From positions 1,020,001-1,052,000 of the forward strand of contig NC_009073.1 of the NCBI RefSeq assembly GCF_000015805.1: a stretch of DNA of 32,000 bases. Direction: 5' to 3'. Within the stretch, counting starts at the first letter, position 1. Every line of letters starts with the position of its first letter. The notes beneath the pieces were generated by a model. That model was not told where the DNA came from. It ran no database searches and saw only the letters and a program-made list of their open reading frames with translations. The DNA comes from Pyrobaculum calidifontis JCM 11548 (GTDB lineage: Archaea; Thermoproteota; Thermoprotei; Thermoproteales; Thermoproteaceae). Made by a program: the position numbers and the translations under genes. Positions 1 to 6,946 of the stretch are shown here, piece by piece.

Positions 1-102
1 GTGCTGGCTGGGGAGCTTAACCTGCTGGTGGCTCTCGCTAGAAATGAGCTTGCCACTGCCCACGAGCGGCTGGGCCGCGCAAGGCCTCAGGAAAGGGCTT
101 GA
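1..102 (+). CDS. C-terminal fragment of an unidentified protein (partial, runs off the 5' edge)
   Basis: Frame 1 is open from the window edge for 33 codons (VLAGELNLLVALARNELATAHERLGRARPQERA) and ends at TGA 100-102. No family recognised. It overlaps the convergent 87..497 gene by 16 nt. Confidence 0.25.
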   Translation: MLAGELNLLVALARNELATAHERLGRARPQERA

Positions 103-497
103 GAAATTCTGTGGGCAAATTGCCGGATTTTAGGCATGAGGTTTTCCACGTGCCATAGCGGGTTTACGAAGACTATTAGCCACCCCTTCCCGTTGGGTAT
201 TTCAAATATTCCGACTTTGTAGTTTGCGTATTTTACCACGACGTAGTTAAACTCGCCTAGGCTCTCGTCTTGGTTCTGCTTGATGATGTTGATTACTTCC
301 ACGAGGTTTGTCACTTGTCGAAGTGTCTTGGCGGTGAGGGTGTTGGGGAGGTGGTGAATCACTGGCACGCCTCGCTGGTCTAGTATGGTCACGCCGTGGA
401 TGGCGTCGTTAATAATCTCTGATATGATAATTCGCTTTAAGTCTGTGGCAGCTGACGGCTTGTTGTCTGACTTATGCGGCGAAACATAAATTACCAC
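87..497 (-). CDS. Small alpha/beta protein, possibly Roadblock/LC7 (MglB-like) fold
   Basis: 136-aa ORF with a GTG start. A TATA-like TTAAATAC lies about 25 nt upstream. The pattern IHGVTILDQRGVPVIH ... FNYVVVKYANYKVGIFEIPNGKGWLIVFVN resembles Roadblock/LC7 strand-helix-strand topology. The gene is visibly lower in GC than its neighbours. Confidence 0.55.
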   Translation of the reverse strand: MVIYVSPHKSDNKPSAATDLKRIIISEIINDAIHGVTILDQRGVPVIHHLPNTLTAKTLRQVTNLVEVINIIKQNQDESLGEFNYVVVKYANYKVGIFEIPNGKGWLIVFVNPLWHVENLMPKIRQFAHRISQALS

Positions 498-589
498 GAC
501 AAATCCTTTGAGGTAGTATTTAAGCTTTTAAGCTCCTTAAGGAGAGGGTAATACGGCGGTTTGTTTTTAACCCACAGGTTGTAGAGAGC

Positions 590-3151
590 GTGGAGAACGA
601 GTTTGAGTTTGAAGAATTTGAAGAAGAAGTACAGGAGTACGAGGGGGAGGCCATCGAGGAGAGTAAGCTAAAGGGCGTTGTCTCAGTCACGATCCCCCCC
701 TCGCTGGTTCTCGCCGTGGTCTACGACGGGGCCGAGGGAAAGGCCTTGGTGAAGTTCTACGACCCCGTCGGCGACGTGGTTTACTACTGGTACGACAACA
801 CTGGCCATAGGCCGTACCTAATCGTAAAGATGTCGCCGGAGGAGCTTGTGGAGAAGTTTCCAGACTTGTTAAAACACCCTGGCTTTAGCCACATAGACGT
901 AGAGGAGAAATACGACGCGTTGCACGACGAGAGGATTGTTGTGACAAAGGTCTACGCGAAGGACCCCCTCACTGTGGGAGGGGGGAAGAAGTCCTTTAGG
1001 GATATGCTTGGCGCCACTTGGGAGTCGCGGATAAAGTACCACCACAGCTACCTCTTCGACCGGGGCATAATCCCCGGCATGTGGTATAGGTCCAACGGCT
1101 CTGGCCTTGTCCCAGTGGAGATATTCATACCCCCCGAGGTTAAGTCCTCTCTGGGCAAGGTGTTTAAGCAGGAGCACGCCAAGGTGGCCGAGGAGTGGAT
1201 GCCCCTCTTCCAGGCGCCAATACCCCACCTGAGGAGGGTGGCAATAGACGTGGAGGTCTACACGCCGCAGGAGAACAAGATCCCTGACCCAAAGGAGGCC
1301 CTCTACGAGGTAATCTCCGTGGCCGTGGTGGGTAGCGATGGGCTCAAGCGCGTCTTTGTCTTGAAGAGGCCCGGCGCCGAGGCGGACCTCAGGTATAGGC
1401 CGGACTACGAGGTGTTTTTCTTTGACAGCGAGTACGACCTAATTAGAGAGGTCTTGAAGGTCATTGTCCAGTACCCCGTGGTGATAACCTTCAACGGGGA
1501 CAACTTCGACCTCCCATATCTCTACAACCGCGCCTTGGCCCTCGGCATACCCAAGGAGGAGTTGCCGATAGCGGCTAAGCGGGACTACGTAAGCGTGGTC
1601 CCCGGAATACACATAGACCTCTTCAAATTTTTCGCCATCAAGGCGGTTGAGGCCTACGCCTTCGGCGGAGTATATAGGGGGGAGAGGGGGCTCGACGGCA
1701 TCGCCTACGCCATCTTGGGCGTGGGGAAGGTGGAGAGACAGAAGAACGTATCTAAGATGGGCTACTGGGAGCTCGCCGAGTACAACTACAGAGACGCCCT
1801 AATTACCCTCTACTTCACTCTCTACAATAACGAGCTGGTGATGAAGCTAATACTCTTGATGTCTAGAATTGCGAAGATGCCCATTGAGGACATCACTAGG
1901 TCGCAGGTGTCGGCCTGGATCCGCAACATGTTGTACTACGAGCACAGGAGGAGGGGCTGGCTTATACCAAACAAGGAGGACATACTAGCGGAGAAGGGCC
2001 AAGTCTACACCAAGGCCATTATCAAGGGGAAGAAGTACGCCGGCGCCGTGGTGCTGGACCCGCCTCTCGGCGTGTTTTTCAACGTGTATGTGCTAGACTT
2101 CGCCTCTCTGTACCCCTCCATAATCAGCAAGTGGAACCTCTCCTACGAGACTGTCAACTGCAAGGGCGGTGGGGAGAGGCCAATCCCGGAGCTCCCCCAC
2201 ACCGTGTGCCGCGATAGGCCGGGCATGACCAGCACCCTGGTCGGCGTCCTTAGAGACTTGAGAGTCCACGTGTACAAGAAGTTGGCCAAGTCGGCGCCCA
2301 CGCCCGCGGAGAGGCAGCTGTACGACGTCGTCCAAAGCGCCATGAAGGTCTTCATAAACGCGTCCTACGGCGTCTTCGGGGCGGAGAACTTCCCGCTGTA
2401 CTGCCCGCCGGTCGCCGAGTTGACCACTGCCCTCGCCAGGTACGTCATGACGAGCACTGTGCTAAAGGCCACGCAGCTGGGGCTAATCCCCCTGTACGGA
2501 GACACGGACTCCCTCTTCCTATGGGACGTCTCCGAGGACAAGCTAAAGAAGTTGATTGAGTACACAGAGGAGTTGGGCATAGACATCGAGTTGGACAAGG
2601 TGTACAGGTTCGTCATGTTCAGCGGCAGGAAGAAGAACTACCTAGGCGTAACCGCGGACGGAGGCGTCGTAGTAAAGGGCATTGTGGCCAAGAAGCGCAA
2701 CGCCCCGCCGCTGGTGAAAGAGCTCGTGGAAGAGATAATCGACCGGCTTAAGAACGTGGCGACGGTGGACGACATGCTCAAAATCAGGGAGGAGGTAATA
2801 GCCATGGTGAAGGAGACCGAGGCCAAGATTAGGGAGAAAAAAATTACGCTAGAAAAGCTGGGGATAAAGATCGTGCTCAACAAAAACCTCAACGAGTACA
2901 CCAAAAACAAGCCGCAGCATGTGAAGGCGGCAGAGCAGTTGCTGAAGTACGGGATTCAGGTGGGGCGCGGCGACGCCATCGTGCTCATAAAGACGAAAGA
3001 CGCCATGGGCGTAAAGCCGATACAGCTGGCGCGCATAGACGAAATAGACGAGAAGAAGTACCTAGAGTACATTAGCACGTCCCTAGAACAAGTGCTAGAG
3101 GCGATGGGAGTCTCGATGGAAGAGCTGAGAGGGGCAATGCGCCTATTCTAG
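590..3151 (+). CDS. polB: Family B DNA polymerase (PolB1-like size, acidic N-terminal extension)
   Basis: 853 aa. Exonuclease motifs are present: IDVEVYT (Exo I), NGDNFDLPYL (Exo II) and YNYRDALITL (Exo III). Polymerase motifs are also present: DFASLYPSII (A), KVFINASYGVFG (B) and YGDTDS (C). GTG start, with a TATA-like GTTTTTAACC about 23 nt upstream. Confidence 0.95.
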   Translation: MENEFEFEEFEEEVQEYEGEAIEESKLKGVVSVTIPPSLVLAVVYDGAEGKALVKFYDPVGDVVYYWYDNTGHRPYLIVKMSPEELVEKFPDLLKHPGFSHIDVEEKYDALHDERIVVTKVYAKDPLTVGGGKKSFRDMLGATWESRIKYHHSYLFDRGIIPGMWYRSNGSGLVPVEIFIPPEVKSSLGKVFKQEHAKVAEEWMPLFQAPIPHLRRVAIDVEVYTPQENKIPDPKEALYEVISVAVVGSDGLKRVFVLKRPGAEADLRYRPDYEVFFFDSEYDLIREVLKVIVQYPVVITFNGDNFDLPYLYNRALALGIPKEELPIAAKRDYVSVVPGIHIDLFKFFAIKAVEAYAFGGVYRGERGLDGIAYAILGVGKVERQKNVSKMGYWELAEYNYRDALITLYFTLYNNELVMKLILLMSRIAKMPIEDITRSQVSAWIRNMLYYEHRRRGWLIPNKEDILAEKGQVYTKAIIKGKKYAGAVVLDPPLGVFFNVYVLDFASLYPSIISKWNLSYETVNCKGGGERPIPELPHTVCRDRPGMTSTLVGVLRDLRVHVYKKLAKSAPTPAERQLYDVVQSAMKVFINASYGVFGAENFPLYCPPVAELTTALARYVMTSTVLKATQLGLIPLYGDTDSLFLWDVSEDKLKKLIEYTEELGIDIELDKVYRFVMFSGRKKNYLGVTADGGVVVKGIVAKKRNAPPLVKELVEEIIDRLKNVATVDDMLKIREEVIAMVKETEAKIREKKITLEKLGIKIVLNKNLNEYTKNKPQHVKAAEQLLKYGIQVGRGDAIVLIKTKDAMGVKPIQLARIDEIDEKKYLEYISTSLEQVLEAMGVSMEELRGAMRLF

Positions 3152-3562
3152 TTCTGGCTCCTCCTCTTCGGAGGCTGCGGAGAACCCCTCCACAACTCCT
3201 CTGAGAACCTTCTCGGTTGTCTCCTCATCGATGTAGGGGAAGACCACCGTGGCGTCCTCCACTTTTACATTATCCCCAGACCACTGCGCCCCGTACACAA
3301 TTTCAAATACTGGCAGAGACACTTCGACGCTGTTCTCCACGCGCTTGGGCGAAAACCTCCTAATCTTCTCAAGCAGCTCCCTGCTGACGGGGATGGGGTA
3401 TTGTACAGTGTAGAAGTCTCTAAGGACTATGAAGTCGGAGGCCGACGGCTCCCACTTCTTCAAAAGCTCAGACGCAACGCTTTTAACAACTTCATACACA
3501 TCCCCCTTGACTATTTCTTTCTTTACCACGGTGCTCTTGGATATTGTGGCTACGACGCTCAT
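3143..3562 (-). CDS. Hypothetical protein with an acidic C-terminal tail
   Basis: 139-aa ORF ending ...SAASEEEEPELE. ATG start, with TATA-like CTTAAATAGG about 25 nt upstream, inside the 3' end of the preceding gene. It overlaps the polB 3' end by 9 nt. No family recognised. Confidence 0.65.
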   Translation of the reverse strand: MSVVATISKSTVVKKEIVKGDVYEVVKSVASELLKKWEPSASDFIVLRDFYTVQYPIPVSRELLEKIRRFSPKRVENSVEVSLPVFEIVYGAQWSGDNVKVEDATVVFPYIDEETTEKVLRGVVEGFSAASEEEEPELE

Positions 3563-3581
3563 TGCCGAGGTGTGAGATTGC

Positions 3582-4139
3582 CTATTTAAGCTTTTTAAAC
3601 ACGGCGAACCCCCGGTACAGCGCCGCGGCGTTTACCAATACCGCATACGCCGCCAGGAGCCAAGGCAAGAGGTCTCCGCCGAAAAAGCTGGCGACGAAGA
3701 GGTACGCCACCCTCTCCCCCCTCTCCATGAACCCAACCCCCCTCACCTCGGCCCCAAGAGCCTCGCCTCTACACCTCGCGTAGCTTATGGTGAAGGTGCC
3801 CACCATGGCTACGAGCAGAATCAGCGGATCCGCTTGGCGCCAGAAGTACAAGAGGTAAGCCGCGTCGGTATATCTGTCTGCGAACGAGTCTAGGAAGGCC
3901 CCCCTCCTAGATGCAAGCCCCCGCGCCCTAGCCACAGCCCCATCCACTGCGTCTAAGACCCCAGACACGGCGATGAAAAGCCAAGGCGGGACACCGTGGA
4001 GAAGGACAAGGGGGACTCCCAGCCACGCTACGACGGCCGATAGTAGAGTTAAGACGTTGGGGTCCACGGGCATCAGCCTGCCCAAGCCCTCCAGCCTTAC
4101 ATACCTTCTAAGTCTCTCGGAGACCACGGCTCCAACCAA
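3582..4139 (-). CDS. CDP-alcohol phosphatidyltransferase family membrane protein (archaetidyl-inositol-phosphate/serine synthase-like)
   Basis: 185 aa and multi-TM. It carries the signature D-x2-D-G-x2-A-R-x8-G-x3-D-x3-D (DAVDGAVARARGLASRRGAFLDSFADRYTD). Confidence 0.85.
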   Translation of the reverse strand: MVGAVVSERLRRYVRLEGLGRLMPVDPNVLTLLSAVVAWLGVPLVLLHGVPPWLFIAVSGVLDAVDGAVARARGLASRRGAFLDSFADRYTDAAYLLYFWRQADPLILLVAMVGTFTISYARCRGEALGAEVRGVGFMERGERVAYLFVASFFGGDLLPWLLAAYAVLVNAAALYRGFAVFKKLK

Positions 4140-4622
4140 CTACAGCTTATTAAGTCTCCTCAAGAGGAAGGCCACGTAGGCCGCCGCCTGCCAAGACATG
4201 TAGGGCACTGGGCCCAGGGAGAGCCACTGCGCCCTCTTGGCAAGGACTTCCTCGTCCTCCCTAGACAAGCCGTCGTGGTCGCCGAAGACGTACAAGGCAT
4301 CTCCAGACAAGTCGGCGTTCAAGATGTCCACCCCCCTCTCGTGGAGGTAGTAGACGCGGCGGTAGTTGGCGAGGATTGCCTCGAGAGAGGCCTTGAAGCT
4401 CGGCTGTGAGAGAAGCCAAGAGGCGACCTCTACGGCGGGGCCGGCTGGCACAGACGACACGCGGTATGTGGTCCCGTCGCAGAGCACTATGTAGACCTCC
4501 CGGGCCCCGCCCCGAATGGACTCCGCGGCGAAGTCCACCAAGACGTCGAAACGCCCCTTTACCAGGGCCTTGACGTCTATAGTCCAGGGGCAGACAGTGT
4601 CGCTTTTTATCAGGAAGCTCAA
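4140..4622 (-). CDS. trmY: tRNA (pseudouridine54-N1)-methyltransferase TrmY-like SPOUT protein
   Basis: 160 aa. The C-terminal half VYYLHERGVDI...LYVFGDHDGLSREDEEVL...WLSLGPVPYMSWQAA aligns, by my recollection, with the M. jannaschii TrmY block IYYLHMNGEDV...VFIIGDHIGIGEEDERFL...RISLSPLELHANH. The gene abuts or overlaps its neighbours in an operon-like way. Confidence 0.75.
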   Translation of the reverse strand: MSFLIKSDTVCPWTIDVKALVKGRFDVLVDFAAESIRGGAREVYIVLCDGTTYRVSSVPAGPAVEVASWLLSQPSFKASLEAILANYRRVYYLHERGVDILNADLSGDALYVFGDHDGLSREDEEVLAKRAQWLSLGPVPYMSWQAAAYVAFLLRRLNKL

Positions 4623-4915
4623 ATAACCTGCTGAAGCGGAACCCTCTTCTTCCTCTCCTCTCTAGGCCTCACCTTTATAATGCCGAAGAACACGGCGCAG
4701 TTTATACAATACGTCTTAGTCACGAGGTACCTCGATATTATTGCGCCCTGCTTCTCCAACTCTCTGGCGAGGTCGGGAGGCACCGGGGAGTAGGGCACAG
4801 TGAGCCTAATAGCCTTAGACCTTGGCACAACCTTGCCGCAGTTGTCGCAGTACACATACGGCTCACGGCCCTTATCCCCCTTCTTACGGCCTCGGTTCTT
4901 CCTCTTCTTAGGCAT
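4619..4915 (-). CDS. rps26e: 30S ribosomal protein S26e
   Basis: MPKKRKNRGRKKG...YCDNCGKVVP...YCINCAV is typical of S26e, with basic N-terminus and two Cys pairs. I chose the internal ATG at 4915 over the ORF-track start at 4951, because TTTAAAAA lies about 25 nt upstream of 4915 and S26e proteins begin MPKKR. Confidence 0.9.
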   Translation of the reverse strand: MPKKRKNRGRKKGDKGREPYVYCDNCGKVVPRSKAIRLTVPYSPVPPDLARELEKQGAIISRYLVTKTYCINCAVFFGIIKVRPREERKKRVPLQQVI

Positions 4916-4947
4916 CGCCACTCTTAAATGCGCCCTTTTTAAACTTT

Positions 4948-6411
4948 TCAATAACGCTCGGCAAGCCTAAGCCAGACCTCTGCCCTTTTGCCACACGCGG
5001 GGTCCCGCAAGTCGAAGCCGCCCACGGAGGCCTCGGAGTCCATGGGAACGCCCAAGGCGTCGGCCCCCACGAGCTCTTGAAGCTTTAGCCCACAGTCGTT
5101 GTCCCCACTCCACGGCAGCTCCACCACCTTCCCCTCCCTAATCGCTGCTCTAGCCGCCTCGACGGTCTCAACGCGCACAATCCTGCCCCTCAGCTCCTCC
5201 ACGGCCCTCCTCCTAAGATTTGCCTCCACCTCGCTAAGGAGCGCCTTCACGGCGTCTACCAACTCGTCGACGGCCACGGCGTACTTGGCCAGAGTGTCGC
5301 GCCGCGCCACCACCACCTGCCTCCCCTCCACGTCCCTCTTCCCCACCTCCACCCGAAGCGGCACTCCCCTCAGCTCCCAGTAGTAGAACTTCCACCCAGG
5401 AGTCTTGTCGTCTCTCCCATCCACATGTACTCTGAACCCCGCCTCTCTGAGGGCCTTTGCGGCCTGCTCCGCCGCCGGCATGACGACTCCCTTCTCCTCC
5501 TCGCCGTAGAAGATGGGCACCACCACCACTTGGATGGGCGCCAGCTTAGGCGGAATCACAGTGCCAGCGTCGTCGCCGTGCGTAATAAGCATGGCCGCGA
5601 TACTCCTCTCCGAAATGCCGTATGAGGTGGTGTGGGCCAGCCTCCTACTCCCGTCAGGCGCCAGATACGTGACCTCAAAAACCTCGGTAAACTTAGTCCC
5701 CAGGTAGTGCACTGTTCCTATCTGAAGCGCTCTGCCGTCCGGGAGCACTGTGTCAAAGGCGATGGTGTAGACGGCGCCGGCGAACTTGTCCCAGTCGGGC
5801 CTCCTATTGATCATATAGGCAAGACACATCTCGTCGAAAATCCTCTTGTAGATCTCCACGGCCTCTCTCACCTGCCTCTCCGCGTCCTCCCTATCCACAT
5901 GCACCGTGTGAGCCTCCTTAAACATGCTGATCTCCCTAAGCCTAATCATGGGATGCGTCATCTTAGTCTCAGCCCTAAACACGCTCACAATCTGGTAAAG
6001 CCTAAGCGGCAGATCCTTGTAATCCTGCACCCACAACTTCACCATGGGCATAATAGCGGTCTCAGACGTAGGCCTAAGCACAAGCCGCTCGCCCCCCTCC
6101 CCGCCCTTCGACACCCAAAACACCTCCTTCTCAAACCCCCGTATGTGCTCAGACTCTTTCCCAAAGAACTCGTAGGGGATAAACACGGGGAACAACACCT
6201 CCTCATGCCCCGTCTCGTCGTGTAGCCGCCTGATCAAGGCTTCAACGTTACGCCTAATCTTCATCCCATAAGGACGCCACACGTACGCCCCCTTCACAGG
6301 GTAACGCACATCGTAGATCTCCGCCTCCCTCAAAAGCCAGTGAAACCACTCCATCAAATTAGACCGCAACTTCTCACGGCCATGAGGCCTCGCCTCCCTC
6401 ACAAGCCGCAT
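4948..6411 (-). CDS. proS: Prolyl-tRNA synthetase (archaeal/eukaryal type)
   Basis: 487 aa. Class II aaRS blocks are present ([25 protein letters not shown]). There is an anticodon-binding domain and the characteristic C-terminal Zn domain ending in ...LAERY (C-terminal Tyr). A TATA-like T-rich box lies about 27 nt upstream. Confidence 0.95.
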   Translation of the reverse strand: MRLVREARPHGREKLRSNLMEWFHWLLREAEIYDVRYPVKGAYVWRPYGMKIRRNVEALIRRLHDETGHEEVLFPVFIPYEFFGKESEHIRGFEKEVFWVSKGGEGGERLVLRPTSETAIMPMVKLWVQDYKDLPLRLYQIVSVFRAETKMTHPMIRLREISMFKEAHTVHVDREDAERQVREAVEIYKRIFDEMCLAYMINRRPDWDKFAGAVYTIAFDTVLPDGRALQIGTVHYLGTKFTEVFEVTYLAPDGSRRLAHTTSYGISERSIAAMLITHGDDAGTVIPPKLAPIQVVVVPIFYGEEEKGVVMPAAEQAAKALREAGFRVHVDGRDDKTPGWKFYYWELRGVPLRVEVGKRDVEGRQVVVARRDTLAKYAVAVDELVDAVKALLSEVEANLRRRAVEELRGRIVRVETVEAARAAIREGKVVELPWSGDNDCGLKLQELVGADALGVPMDSEASVGGFDLRDPACGKRAEVWLRLAERY

Positions 6412-6691
6412 GCCGACAAATCACCACCAACTAAAAAACTTAACCCCACGCCCAGAGACAAACCCAAACACGCTCAAACAAGTATAGAGTTGCGTAAAAA
6501 TTTAGCGCAAGATGACGGCAACGCCGGCGGAATCGCGCTAGCGCATCCCCAGGTTGCACAAATATCGTACGAAACAACGCATGCGCTCGAGCTGTGCCCT
6601 ATCTAGGAGTAGGCCAAGCCTAGGCGCCGCACTATAGACGCAGGTCGCAGTCACAGAAAGCCCCGTGGCCGTCACCAGCCATTAAAAGGCT

Positions 6692-6705
6692 CTTAAAATT
6701 TAAAA
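6692..6705 (+). promoter_or_regulatory. TATA/BRE-like promoter of tRNA-Leu
   Basis: CTTAAAATTTAAAA is centred about 28 nt upstream of the tRNA 5' end at 6727. Confidence 0.6.
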
Positions 6706-6726
6706 CCCCATGCGTATTTTCTAGCG

Positions 6727-6811
6727 GCGGGGGTGCCCGAGCCAGGTCAAAGGGGCAGGGTTGAGGTCCCTGTGGCGTAGGCCTGCGTGGGTTCAAATCC
6801 CACCCCCCGCA
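6727..6811 (+). tRNA. tRNA-Leu(GAG): tRNA-Leu (anticodon GAG), class II with long variable arm, no encoded CCA
   Basis: Hand-folded. Acceptor GCGGGGG/CCCCCGC. Anticodon stem CAGGG/CCCTG with loop TTGAGGT (GAG at 6763-6765, G37). Variable stem-loop GGC-GTAG-GCC. T arm GTGGG-TTCAAAT-CCCAC. Discriminator A, followed by TGG. Confidence 0.9.
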
Positions 6812-6859
6812 TGGCTAATTCTGGCCTTATTCTTAGATACATTGACGGGCCACATTATA

Positions 6860-6878
6860 CTATACGTATAACGTATAG
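6860..6878. repeat. Perfect 8-bp inverted repeat with 3-nt spacer (CTATACGT-ATA-ACGTATAG)
   Basis: Read directly from the sequence. It lies in the AT-rich spacer between the tRNA-Leu 3' end and the 3' end of the convergent surface-protein gene. Confidence 0.9.
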
Positions 6879-6910
6879 CGTTAGGCGTACGCATTCCCAG
6901 AAGATTTCAC

Positions 6911-6920
6911 AAAAAGAAAG
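6911..6920 (-). terminator. Oligo-T run downstream of the surface-protein gene (candidate archaeal terminator)
   Basis: The minus strand reads CTTTCTTTTT about 27-36 nt after the stop codon at 6947-6949. Archaeal termination commonly occurs at oligo-T tracts. Confidence 0.4.
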
Positions 6921-6946
6921 GCGTGTTAATTATACTGCGGCGGCTT

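Noticed and set aside
4916-4951. Upstream ORF-track start codons: rps26e 4951, ridA 10280, nop5 TTG 19319, flpA TTG 20599, nicotinamidase-like GTG 11252 and membrane protein 11239
   Set aside because: In each case a downstream ATG gives the conserved family N-terminus and/or lies 22-26 nt from a TATA-like box. The longer versions would place the TATA box inside or too close to the coding start. The maximal ORF extents remain possible.
5632-6225. Long antisense 'shadow' ORFs inside well-supported genes. Examples are 5632..6225 in proS, 23765..24589 in EF-1alpha, 16854..17480 in ksgA, 18374..18913 in gatE, 19424..20032 in nop5, 13494..13969 in the PIN-ATPase gene, 10500..10977 in the membrane-protein gene and 869..1228 in polB.
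   Set aside because: Their translations are low-complexity (R/G/P/H/L-rich) and carry no recognisable motifs. They lie opposite genes with unambiguous family signatures, and are the expected by-product of GC-rich coding sequence depleted in antisense stop codons.
6340-6606. 88-aa plus-strand ORF spanning the proS 5' end and the long intergenic region
   Set aside because: It starts antisense within proS, has an implausible Pro/Lys/His-rich composition and has no promoter. The region is better treated as non-coding.
6652-6676. ACAGAAAG followed by a GC-rich segment in the proS/tRNA-Leu spacer, reminiscent of RNase P RNA CR-V (ACAGAA...)
   Set aside because: No CR-I-like GGAAAGUCC element is present, and no complementary P4 strand could be found in the same region on either strand. 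The nearest candidate, GGAATCGCG, does not pair with the sequence after ACAGAAAG. The resemblance is a 6-mer only.
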